This document shows, piece after piece, positions 1 to 8,209 of a DNA stretch of 40,374 nt. The position numbers and the translations under genes are program-made. The DNA lies in contig JABCSY010000030.1 in the NCBI GenBank assembly GCA_018238625.1, positions 1-40,374 on the forward strand, in the 5' to 3' direction. This stretch comes from Promethearchaeota archaeon (GTDB lineage Archaea > Asgardarchaeota > Lokiarchaeia > Sigyniarchaeales > SOKP01). The notes beneath the pieces are model-generated. The model was not told the origin of the DNA and did not search any database. It was given only the letters and a program-made list of their open reading frames with translations. Positions within the stretch are counted from its first letter, which is position 1; each line of letters opens with the position of its first letter.

Positions 1-39
1 TAGTTTAACTTTAAAATACGATTCACCATTCACTGCTTC

Positions 40-2004
40 TTAATATTTATGTGTTCCGCGGCAATATGGATATTCAGAACAACCCCAGAATCTCCCGAAT
101 TCCCCTTCGCGCAGGACCATTTTTGAACCGCATCTCGGGCAGCTCGGGATATTATTTACAATTGGATCCGTATCAATTTCCTTGTGGGACAGGTTTTCAA
201 AACGTTGTCTGAAGAGAGTGGAAGTTTTTTTGGCTGCGCTGGATGCTGGAAAATCTTCAAGGACTTTTTGTAATAAGGCGCTTCCTTGTTCGGAAAAGGA
301 TATAGCGTTTTTAGTGTTGCCTTCCCTGATGAAAAATTTTGCTTTTTCGAGGTAAAAATTTCCTGTTTCGAAAAGAATTTCGGGGTCTTCCGGGTTTTTA
401 GAGATTTTTATCAGCAGTGCTTCTTCCTGTGTGTCTATTTCATTTTTTGAAAATGTTTTTTCTGATGAGTCTTTGCCGGTTTCTATTATTTTGAATTCTT
501 TTCTGCCGAGCAAAACATCGATGCCTTTTTTGTTCAGAAAGATTACAGGGTGTTCGACCCCGCTTAATTTCAAAAATCCTTCAGAAATGAGCCGTTGAAG
601 AATTTCCATGGTTTTTTCCTGTGATTCTTTAATTGTGCTATAGGTTTTTAATTTATCAAAACCGTTTTGTTCGATAACCATTGCCTTCGATCCGGTTAGT
701 ATCTGGGCGATTCTTATTTTTATAAGGGGTTGTGGTATTTCTTTTACGCATCTCAACAGGTTTTCTGCCAGTTTTGCTTCCTGGATAGTATATCCGGCTT
801 CTTTAAAAGTTGGTTCATCTTCAAGTATTTCCCGGCCGATACAAATATCACATCCGGGGCAGAGGTCTTTTTCATATTTCTCGCCGAAGTATTCGAGCAG
901 CATTTTTCTCCTGCAGCGGTGAGATGTAGCATATTGGATAATTTGGTGAAGTTTTTTTACTTCGTGATTTCTCTGGATCTCCATTTTTTCCCAGGGAATG
1001 TTAAGTTTATCAAAGGGCGTATTGAAATCCTTTATAAGTATGGAGCGTCCTCTAAAAGGAGATGAATATTTAATGAGATTTAGTTTATCCATGTTGTTTA
1101 AAGTGCGGGAGATCTGGTCAGATTTTAGGCCTGCTGATTTAATTAGATCTCGAAAGGAAAAAGAAAATGTGTTAGCATCTTTGTTTCCCCCCCCCATATC
1201 CATGATAGCCGAAGTAAGAGTTTTTTGTAGTTTGCTTTTTTGCCTTTTTAAAATTGTTTCAGGGGGTGTTCCAAATTTTACGCTGGCGACGTTATCAAAT
1301 CGGGAAAGAAGATCAATTGCGCCTGCTTTTTTCAGGATTCTCAGTGTGCTTGAGATACCCTGTTCACTAATTTCTATATTTAATGATTTTTTTATTTCTT
1401 CACGTGTTTTTGACACGGGATTTTCATCCTGGTTTATGAGATAGTTGTGTACCAGGTACACCTGCTGTTTTGTAGGATGGTTCTGCGCAATAAAATATTC
1501 CTGCAGTTTAATGTCAGATGGGGAGTAGAGAAGTATGCACCATGCTTTTTTACCATCTCTGCCGGCCCTGCCGGCTTCCTGGTAATAGCTTTCAATATTT
1601 CCGGGAATTATTCCTGCTAATTCCAAGGATTTCTTAATAGTTGGTCTTGTATTTAAGGATAAAATGGCTAGTTTAGTCCCCCTTTTTACGCCAAACAATT
1701 TTGTATTATTGATAAAGTAGATTGTCTCTTCAATAGGTTCGTTCTTTTCTATGTTATCAAGTTCGTATTGCTTAATAACATCAAAATTACGTTGTAATTC
1801 CGCTTCGTCTCCTTTTCCGACAATATCACTAAGACAAGCGGAAATGCTCGTAAATTGACAGTCATCTTGAAAATGTTCAGAATAACGATCGTTTAAAACT
1901 TTTTTTAATGAATACCAATCTGCCGCTAATCTAACGATCGTACCATCTAAATCGAACACAATTACTTTCTTATCTTTCAGTGGAAGTATTTTACTCTTAT
2001 CCAT
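40..2004 (-). CDS. Chimeric ORF: N-terminal HAD-like hydrolase fragment fused in frame to the C-terminal half of a RecQ helicase (motif VI, Zn-binding, RQC, C-terminal topoisomerase-type C4 zinc finger)
   Basis: HAD motif I (VIVFDLDGT) and motif II-like LSLNT are present, but there is no HAD C-terminal motif. Then IPGNIESYYQEAGRAGRDG (RecQ motif VI), CRR...CPGCDIC and CPRCG...FWGCSEYPYC follow. RecQ motifs I-V are absent. Junction about 1604-1614. Confidence 0.75.
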   Translation of the reverse strand: MDKSKILPLKDKKVIVFDLDGTIVRLAADWYSLKKVLNDRYSEHFQDDCQFTSISACLSDIVGKGDEAELQRNFDVIKQYELDNIEKNEPIEETIYFINNTKLFGVKRGTKLAILSLNTRPTIKKSLELAGIIPGNIESYYQEAGRAGRDGKKAWCILLYSPSDIKLQEYFIAQNHPTKQQVYLVHNYLINQDENPVSKTREEIKKSLNIEISEQGISSTLRILKKAGAIDLLSRFDNVASVKFGTPPETILKRQKSKLQKTLTSAIMDMGGGNKDANTFSFSFRDLIKSAGLKSDQISRTLNNMDKLNLIKYSSPFRGRSILIKDFNTPFDKLNIPWEKMEIQRNHEVKKLHQIIQYATSHRCRRKMLLEYFGEKYEKDLCPGCDICIGREILEDEPTFKEAGYTIQEAKLAENLLRCVKEIPQPLIKIRIAQILTGSKAMVIEQNGFDKLKTYSTIKESQEKTMEILQRLISEGFLKLSGVEHPVIFLNKKGIDVLLGRKEFKIIETGKDSSEKTFSKNEIDTQEEALLIKISKNPEDPEILFETGNFYLEKAKFFIREGNTKNAISFSEQGSALLQKVLEDFPASSAAKKTSTLFRQRFENLSHKEIDTDPIVNNIPSCPRCGSKMVLREGEFGRFWGCSEYPYCRGTHKY

Positions 2005-2086
2005 GTTTCATATTCAACAAGACTAATGAATAAATAAGATAATTTTACATAAAAAATAAGTTTTCGTTATAAATTTTCAAATCAAT

Positions 2087-3019
2087 TTATAAACGCGAAT
2101 AATACATCGCTCTGTACCCAATTTTGTGAAACGGACATTCCTTTATACAAATAGAACATCCCGTAGTTTCGTAAAAATATTCGATGCATTTTTCTCCATC
2201 AATTCTAGTTTTTATACCGTTTTCTTTGATAATTGGTTCGTAGTAAATCGCGTTCACGGGGCACATTTGAACGCATCTTTTGCATTTCTTACAATACTCG
2301 TCTATCTCAAAATTTTCTTGAGAAACGTCAGGAAGAGGGGTTGCGTTCACAGAAATCATGGATAATCTCTGCCTTGGACCGAATTTTTTAGTGATTAAAA
2401 TACCTTGAGTTCCAATTTTCCCCAATCCTGCTTTTACTGCCATCGCGGGTAAAAGAATTGGACCACCAAGTGGATGGCACGCAATTGCTCTATAACCTTT
2501 AGATCTAATAAAATCTGCTAATTTGTTTGTCGCCTCACCTAACTCTGCGTATATGTTTAAAGATTCTAACCCTGCTGGAGGTTCAGGAGCCTGATCTATA
2601 GCTTCGTAATCCATTTCCATTCCTAAAACAATTCCATTCTCGTATAGAAATTCGATTCCGCCTACATAATCGTTCTTAAAAATAAAATTTTCGTCCACAG
2701 GCGCAAATCCTACAAGATCAATTCCTAAAATCTTCGCTTGCTCGATAACTTCTTCCCAAAATTCTTTAGGTGCGGATTGAGGTTTGTCAGGTAGGTTTTT
2801 CATTTCTCTTTTGTAATCCGTTTTTGCTCTTTGAACAGTTTTGAAGAGTTTCGGAACTACTATTTTAGCTTTGTCAGATAATTGGCCCTTAAATTCTCTT
2901 ATATCAAATTTATTCAGTTCTATTAGCCGTGATTTCAATCCTTTGGATTTTTTTAACAATTCTAACACCGAAAAATTAATTAGTTGCTTTAATCCACTCA
3001 GTTTTATAAAGATTATCAT
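2087..3019 (-). CDS. Reductive dehalogenase / epoxyqueuosine reductase (QueG)-like cobalamin, 2x[4Fe-4S] protein
   Basis: AVKAGLGKIG...LITKKFGPRQRL motif, CKKCKRCVQMCP and C...GCSICIKECPF ferredoxin motifs. No Tat signal seen. Confidence 0.8.
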   Translation of the reverse strand: MIIFIKLSGLKQLINFSVLELLKKSKGLKSRLIELNKFDIREFKGQLSDKAKIVVPKLFKTVQRAKTDYKREMKNLPDKPQSAPKEFWEEVIEQAKILGIDLVGFAPVDENFIFKNDYVGGIEFLYENGIVLGMEMDYEAIDQAPEPPAGLESLNIYAELGEATNKLADFIRSKGYRAIACHPLGGPILLPAMAVKAGLGKIGTQGILITKKFGPRQRLSMISVNATPLPDVSQENFEIDEYCKKCKRCVQMCPVNAIYYEPIIKENGIKTRIDGEKCIEYFYETTGCSICIKECPFHKIGYRAMYYSRL

Positions 3020-3126
3020 TTTACAGCTGAAGAAATAACCTTATTATATCTTCCATATTCTAATTGGATTTTATTTGCTAAATAAACAATCTAAGCATTA
3101 AATTGTGAAATTGAAAAATAGAAAAT

Positions 3127-3148
3127 AAAAAATGGAGTAAAAACTCCA
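3127..3148 (-). terminator. Hairpin plus T-tract, terminator-like
   Basis: Minus strand reads TGGAGT-TTTT-ACTCCA followed by TTTTTT. Confidence 0.55.
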
Positions 3149-3345
3149 GAACACACTCCCACCAAAATACAACCACACCATCTCACTTCTTAACTTCGCA
3201 AAACATACAACATTAACAAACATGCATCGCATCCCACTCATGTAAACTCAATTCACACTAAGCTTGAACTTTGAGCCCCTTTTTCAAATGTCACACACCA
3301 GCGCTGTTGAGAGTAGCGGACAAAACACAACTGCTTCTTTCCTTT
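3127..3345 (-). ncRNA. Putative GU-rich small transcript (ncRNA, or a 47-aa ORF at 3098-3241)
   Basis: Abrupt strand-skewed CA-rich (plus) / GT-rich (minus) block. TATA-like TATAAATA at about 3373-3366 on the minus strand and a terminator-like hairpin at its 3' end. Confidence 0.35.
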
Positions 3346-3397
3346 GTATTATTTATGACAAAATTATTTATAGAATAACTTTATTTATAAGGTAGAA

Positions 3398-5845
3398 GTG
3401 GTCTATTTTATGATGAATATAAAAATGAAAAATATTTTTGCTTTTTTAATGCTATTTCTGATAATTTTTTCAATTTCTAATCAAAATAATATGAAAAATT
3501 GTATTGAACCTGCTCAAGAGGATTTGAAAATTAGAACATTTAATTTAAAATCTGCAGGATTTTGGAATAACTTTACATTTATCCATATTACTAATTTAAA
3601 TTGGACAATTGCTAATGAAACTGATTGGTGTTCTGGATCAGGTACTTGGGATAATCCCTATTTAATTGAAAACATGATAATTAATGCAAGTGATTCTCCA
3701 ATAGGTTCTGGTATTTTTATTGAAAATTCCATTAATGTGTATTTTACAATTAGAAATGTTACAATATTTGAAACCACTAATGGAATTAAGTTAGAAAATA
3801 CGAATAATGGGGCTTTAATTAATAATAGGCTATTAGATAACTTAGACTCGGGAATTAGCTTGGTTAATTGCGTTAATAATACAATTTCAAAAAATGAATT
3901 AATTAATAACGGGGGACAGGGAATTAATTTATTCTCAAATTGTATTAATAATAAAATCCTTGGAAATATAGCAAAAAATGATGGTACAAATTTCCAAGAT
4001 ACTGGAATATATCTTAATAGTTATTGCGATAACAATGAAATTATGGAAAATATAGTATCTGATAATGATGTTAATGGAATATTTCTTAATAATTTTTGTG
4101 AAGGAAACTTGATATATAATAATACAGTTAAAAATACAATTACAAATCAGCAAGATTATGGTATAAGATTTGATGATAGTGATCAGAACAATGTCTCACT
4201 AAATGTAATTGAAGATCTTGATCATTATGGAATAAGGCTGGTTTCCTCTGAGAAAATTATTATATCAAATAATAAAATAATAAATTCCAATCGTGGAATA
4301 TCTTTGTTGATAACTCGTCAAATTGAAATTATTAGCAATACAATTTCAGGTGGTTCTACAGCAATTTTTATGAGTGCGGGTGATGTGGGAAAAATATATG
4401 GAAATTTTATAAATGAAACGGGAAGCTATGCAATAAGATTATTTATAAATTGCGATGACAATGAGTTTCACGATAACATTATTAAAGATAATAATAATGG
4501 GGTACAACTTGATGATCCCTCTGATATGAATAATAATTTTTATAAAAATTCCTTTATTTCAAATATAGTTCACGCTATTGATAACGGAACGGCAACTTTT
4601 TGGAATAATACAATGATTGGGAATTATTGGGATAATTACGCGGGATTGGATGCTAATGATGATCTAATAGGAGATATATGTCATATTATTCCCGGATCTG
4701 CCAACAGTAATGATTCATTACCGATATGGGATGATGGAGATGACTTACTTCCAGAGATTGTCATAAATTCACCTACAAATGGCTCAATATTCGCATTACC
4801 GCCCGAGTTTATAATTAATTTTTCTGATGTTAATTTTGATAAGCTCTGGGTAACCGTTAATTATTCAAATATCGAATATGGATTTATCGCGAGTCCCGGT
4901 AATAATGTACTAATTGACATGCCCTTTTCAATATGGAATTTATTACCTGAAGGCCATTTTCTAGTTAAAATCTATGTGAATGATACTGCTGGTAATGTCA
5001 ATTATGTTGAAGTAACTCTCATTAAGGAGCTCCCTCCAGAACTACCCTCCCTCAATGTAACTTTTATCATTGTTATTAGTATTATCGTAATATCGGTAAT
5101 TACAATTGCTGGAATTGTAATAAGAGGATTGCCAAAAAAGGATAAAATAAAAAAATCACGAAAACTAGATGAAGAGCAGTTATCAAAAGCGCAATATTTT
5201 AAAGATGTAACAAGCATTCTTACAATTTTAGCCATACATAATAAATCAGGCTTATGTCTATCTAAAATTGCCGCTCATGGCGGTACTGGATTGGATGAAC
5301 ATTTATTCACTGGCTTTATATCTGCTATGGGAAGTTTTAAAAATGAACTTGCTAAACAGATGGGTCTACCAGTTCGGGATGGAGGTGGAGATAATGTTAT
5401 TGAGTACAATGAATTTACTATTACCCTCATGGATGGTGAATATCTTAGATTAGGTTTAGTTTCTCATAAAAATCTTGGAGATTTAATAAAAGAACAGTGT
5501 GGACAGGTTTTAAGGGCTTATGAAATTAAGCATATTGATGATTTAAAAAACTTTGACGGCGAAATCCAAGTTTTCAATGATTTTGAGGAAAAAATTGAAA
5601 CCGGACTTGACATGAATCTGAATAAAAAATCTATCATTAATGTAAAACAATTAAATAAATATGATGCTCCTGAATCATTTATAACCATTTTAAACGATCT
5701 TAATTCAAGATCTGATGGGTTTTATCCTGCAGAAATCGCTTTAACCCTCGTGCAAGAAATGAATATTTCAGATCAAGAAGCTAATTTCATGGTCTATGAA
5801 GCCTATAAAAATCAATTATTTTTACCAATAAAATTAGAAAAATAA
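3398..5845 (+). CDS. Single-pass membrane protein: extracellular right-handed beta-helix (NosD-like) + Ig-like domain, TM helix, cytoplasmic longin-like domain
   Basis: N-terminal hydrophobic signal, GSGTWDNPYLIEN, many N-x-I-x-x-N/GI-x-L repeats, GNYWDNY, NDTAGN, TM at about 5057-5122, then ILAIHNKSGLCL...LFTGFISAM...IEY pattern typical of longin-like folds. Confidence 0.8.
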   Translation: MVYFMMNIKMKNIFAFLMLFLIIFSISNQNNMKNCIEPAQEDLKIRTFNLKSAGFWNNFTFIHITNLNWTIANETDWCSGSGTWDNPYLIENMIINASDSPIGSGIFIENSINVYFTIRNVTIFETTNGIKLENTNNGALINNRLLDNLDSGISLVNCVNNTISKNELINNGGQGINLFSNCINNKILGNIAKNDGTNFQDTGIYLNSYCDNNEIMENIVSDNDVNGIFLNNFCEGNLIYNNTVKNTITNQQDYGIRFDDSDQNNVSLNVIEDLDHYGIRLVSSEKIIISNNKIINSNRGISLLITRQIEIISNTISGGSTAIFMSAGDVGKIYGNFINETGSYAIRLFINCDDNEFHDNIIKDNNNGVQLDDPSDMNNNFYKNSFISNIVHAIDNGTATFWNNTMIGNYWDNYAGLDANDDLIGDICHIIPGSANSNDSLPIWDDGDDLLPEIVINSPTNGSIFALPPEFIINFSDVNFDKLWVTVNYSNIEYGFIASPGNNVLIDMPFSIWNLLPEGHFLVKIYVNDTAGNVNYVEVTLIKELPPELPSLNVTFIIVISIIVISVITIAGIVIRGLPKKDKIKKSRKLDEEQLSKAQYFKDVTSILTILAIHNKSGLCLSKIAAHGGTGLDEHLFTGFISAMGSFKNELAKQMGLPVRDGGGDNVIEYNEFTITLMDGEYLRLGLVSHKNLGDLIKEQCGQVLRAYEIKHIDDLKNFDGEIQVFNDFEEKIETGLDMNLNKKSIINVKQLNKYDAPESFITILNDLNSRSDGFYPAEIALTLVQEMNISDQEANFMVYEAYKNQLFLPIKLEK

Positions 5846-5936
5846 ATCTCTTAAGGTAACTCAGGATCATTCATACTGGCGTTTGACTTATGAAGTGTGT
5901 TAAAAAAGTAGAGATAAATAAATTAATAAAAATGAA

Positions 5937-6007
5937 CTAATCCATCGCGTATTTTTTAGTCCAAGAGGCTGCTTTAGCTTGAAACTTTTTCAAAGCCCTG
6001 AAATATT
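5937..6007 (-). repeat. Orphan duplicate of the E2 last exon (YFRALKKFQAKAASWTKKYAMD*)
   Basis: 71-nt direct repeat of 7601-7671; 58/71 identical, and all 13 differences are synonymous. Confidence 0.95.
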
Positions 6008-6009
6008 AA

Positions 6010-7509
6010 ATGAAAAAAAAAAGGTTGTGGATACAAAAATCAAAGGAGTATGGAAATTTAAATGTTATTTATGATATATGTGATATAATTATAAATCTTG
6101 ATAGAAAGAGTGATATCATCATAAATAATCGTAATCTTATTCATCAAGAAAATGAATTATTAAACAAACCTTGGGAAATTGTTGATTATTACTTTGATAA
6201 TATAGGTTTTTGTAGAAAATCATCTGATAGTTCAATAATTAGACATAATTACATCCCAATAAAATTTTTATCTAATAATATGAAATTAAAATGTAAGTAT
6301 TGTGGTCATGAGTTAACAAATAATGATATTTCCGGATTATATAAAGCAAAAAGACTTCAACTTTGGGAAGTGGATCAAAATAAAAATCCAAATGATATTA
6401 CAATCTATCTTATCAATTGGAGAAAAAATCAAGATGATAAGTATTTGAAATTTCCTGGTCTTTTTTATCCTGGGATGACAAGGAAAACTGCTAAAGAACG
6501 TGTATATGGAAATGGTGGTCATTTTTACAAGGCGTTTAGTAATCCAAAAACGGCGATTGAGTACACAATCAGAAAATACGGGCTTAATCCAAAAAAAGCT
6601 CAAAAATTATTTAAAGTAGAAGTTCTTCAAATTGTTGAAGATCAAGGCACTCAGAAAGCTACTCAAGAATTAGCTAATACAATAGAGAGCTTTTGGATTG
6701 GGTTTTTTCATTCACAATTTTATGAATTTGGAAGAAATATTGAACCAGGGGGTTCTATTGTGCGTAAATCCATAATTCTTCCTTTTGATTCTTTAGATAA
6801 AGCCTTACATGAAGCATGCATGCTTCCACGAATTGGTGCTATTAGTCGAAAGCCTTATGTTTATGATAAATTAGGAATGAGAGAGACGCAAAATCGTATA
6901 CTTGATAATAGTATTGAATTCTGGTATGGATTTACATTAGCTAGATTTGAAAATGTTATTAGGTTTAAAAGATTTAACATAATTCAAAATTTATTTGAAC
7001 TGGGATACAAGACAGCATATATTTCCAATGAAATTAATGCTGATAGACATGATATTATTAGATGGATTGAGGAAGACATTTATATTAATAAATATTTAGG
7101 ACTTTCCTATAAAGAAATTCGAATCGCTTTATTAAGTGATAAAATCAAGAAATATGTTTCAGAAGGACAAATAACTCCCGAGTTACTTTTGAATGTCCTT
7201 CCTGGATTCAAAAATTCTGATGCTATTAAACATTTTATTCGACAGCGTTTAGGTGGTTGGAATAATTTGATTGCTAACTATGCTTTAAAAGAGGATTATT
7301 GGTTAAAAGCAAAGAACTTATTTAAACAAAGAAAAAATGAGATAGAGTTAGGGAGGTCTTCTGATTATACTGCGGTAGAATTTGCTCAGGCTCTTGGTTC
7401 CAACACGATTCATACATCAGCAGCTATAAAATTTTTAAAAAGAAAATTAGACACAGATATGAATTGGTTAGAGATTAAGAGCTTACTATCAAAAAAAAAA
7501 ATAGATTAA
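6010..7509 (+). CDS. Free-standing GIY-YIG family (homing-type) endonuclease with a long C-terminal putative DNA-binding region
   Basis: TIY...FYPGMT...ER...H...FKVEVLQ...ANTIESFWI...S...GRNIEPGG (about 6400-6753) follows the GIY-YIG motif order (Y, Y-x-G, R, H, E, N..GG). A CKYC motif lies upstream. The true start may be downstream (e.g. ATG 6280). Confidence 0.75.
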   Translation: MKKKRLWIQKSKEYGNLNVIYDICDIIINLDRKSDIIINNRNLIHQENELLNKPWEIVDYYFDNIGFCRKSSDSSIIRHNYIPIKFLSNNMKLKCKYCGHELTNNDISGLYKAKRLQLWEVDQNKNPNDITIYLINWRKNQDDKYLKFPGLFYPGMTRKTAKERVYGNGGHFYKAFSNPKTAIEYTIRKYGLNPKKAQKLFKVEVLQIVEDQGTQKATQELANTIESFWIGFFHSQFYEFGRNIEPGGSIVRKSIILPFDSLDKALHEACMLPRIGAISRKPYVYDKLGMRETQNRILDNSIEFWYGFTLARFENVIRFKRFNIIQNLFELGYKTAYISNEINADRHDIIRWIEEDIYINKYLGLSYKEIRIALLSDKIKKYVSEGQITPELLLNVLPGFKNSDAIKHFIRQRLGGWNNLIANYALKEDYWLKAKNLFKQRKNEIELGRSSDYTAVEFAQALGSNTIHTSAAIKFLKRKLDTDMNWLEIKSLLSKKKID

Positions 7510-7600
7510 TATCCATTATATCAATGTTTTTTTTAACTAAGAATTATATATAAAACGAGTTATTCTGTAAAAAATAAGATAAAAAAAATATTATTTAGAC

Positions 7601-8209
7601 CTAATCCATAGCGTACTTTTTCGTCCATGAAGCAGCCTTAGCTTGGAACTTCTTAAGCGCCCTGAAGTATTGTTTTCTAGTTTATTAGGCATTTCCTAAT
7701 AAATCTCCAGCCTCATGGTTAAGAGGGTCTCCAGGGTTAAAGAAGGGAGGCTCTACATGCTTGCAGTTGAGGAATGAAACATTTCTCAATATCATGCCCT
7801 TTAGAGCCTCTATTATATTAGTTAGAGTCTTGGACGGTGTCCACCCACTAGCTCCAGTGCTAGCATCTACCTTCCCTACTAAATCGGGGTTAATTAAATC
7901 TAAACAAATATTAAGCTTTCCGGGAGGTATGGATGAATCTATGTTTGGATGCCACATGAGGGTTACCGCGTAAGCATTTCTCCGAAATAGATTAACCATC
8001 TAATTCAATGGAGGTGCAAACGGGTAATTTTCCGGGAACTTAATTTCGAAAATAAACTTTCCTTTATAATAAGGCGTTCCATCTTTTCCGATGATTGTAA
8101 GCCGGAGATGATCGATACTACGACCCCATGGTTCGATGATTATGTTACTGTCGTCTTTGTACGATTCGATGGCTTCAGTATAATCAGTTTCTTCTCTCAT
8201 AATACTCAC
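7601..8209 (-). CDS. Ubiquitin-conjugating enzyme E2, four exons (8209-8008, 7977-7791, 7760-7705, 7674-7601), 172 aa after splicing
   Basis: GTPY..G.F...I.FPENYPFAPP, WHPNI, catalytic NICLDLI, GWTPS..L, DPLN.EA and A..WTKKYA are all in one frame. The ORF track splits it only because of in-frame stops inside 30-nt hairpin inserts. Confidence 0.9.
7675..7704 (-). other. Putative BHB mRNA intron 3 (30 nt, contains in-frame TAA TAA)
   Basis: CTGG-AG^A-TTTATTAGG-AAATG-CCTAATAAA-CTAG-AA^A. Excision gives NHEAGEQYFRALKK. Confidence 0.85.
7761..7790 (-). other. Putative relaxed-BHB mRNA intron 2 (30 nt, no stop codon)
   Basis: GCA(T)G-AT^A-TTGAGAAATG-TTT-CATTCCTCAA-CTGC-AA^G, closed by a perfect 9-bp exon-exon helix GAGGCTCTA/TAGAGCCTC. 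Excision gives LKGMMHVEPP. Exact boundaries are less certain. Confidence 0.7.
7978..8007 (-). other. Putative BHB mRNA intron 1 (30 nt, contains in-frame TAG)
   Basis: CTCC-AT^T-GAATTAGAT-GGTTA-ATCTATTTC-GGAG-AA^A. Excision gives PPYAYAVTLMWHPNI, restoring canonical E2 PP-x5-T-x2-WHPNI spacing. Confidence 0.85.

Noticed and set aside
5855-5893. Short frame GNSGSFILAFDL* as a displaced gene end
   Set aside because: Too short to support without a database search.
6008-7704. One large endonuclease-containing intron spliced to the orphan exon
   Set aside because: There is no CCAG/CTAG helix partner or intact GAA-CAA junction before the orphan, and the nuclease is antisense to E2.
7847-7864. GCTAGC-ACTGGA-GCTAGT hairpin as a fourth E2 intron
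   Set aside because: No flanking 4-bp helix or bulges; it falls in the loop after the catalytic Cys where E2 subfamilies commonly have insertions.
7685-8209. Two separate E2 half-genes, or stop-codon readthrough (Pyl/Sec/recoding)
   Set aside because: The stops lie inside 30-nt inserts that break E2 spacing, one is TAA-TAA, and the conserved C-terminal helix continues to 7601. Other genes use TAG and TAA as normal stops.
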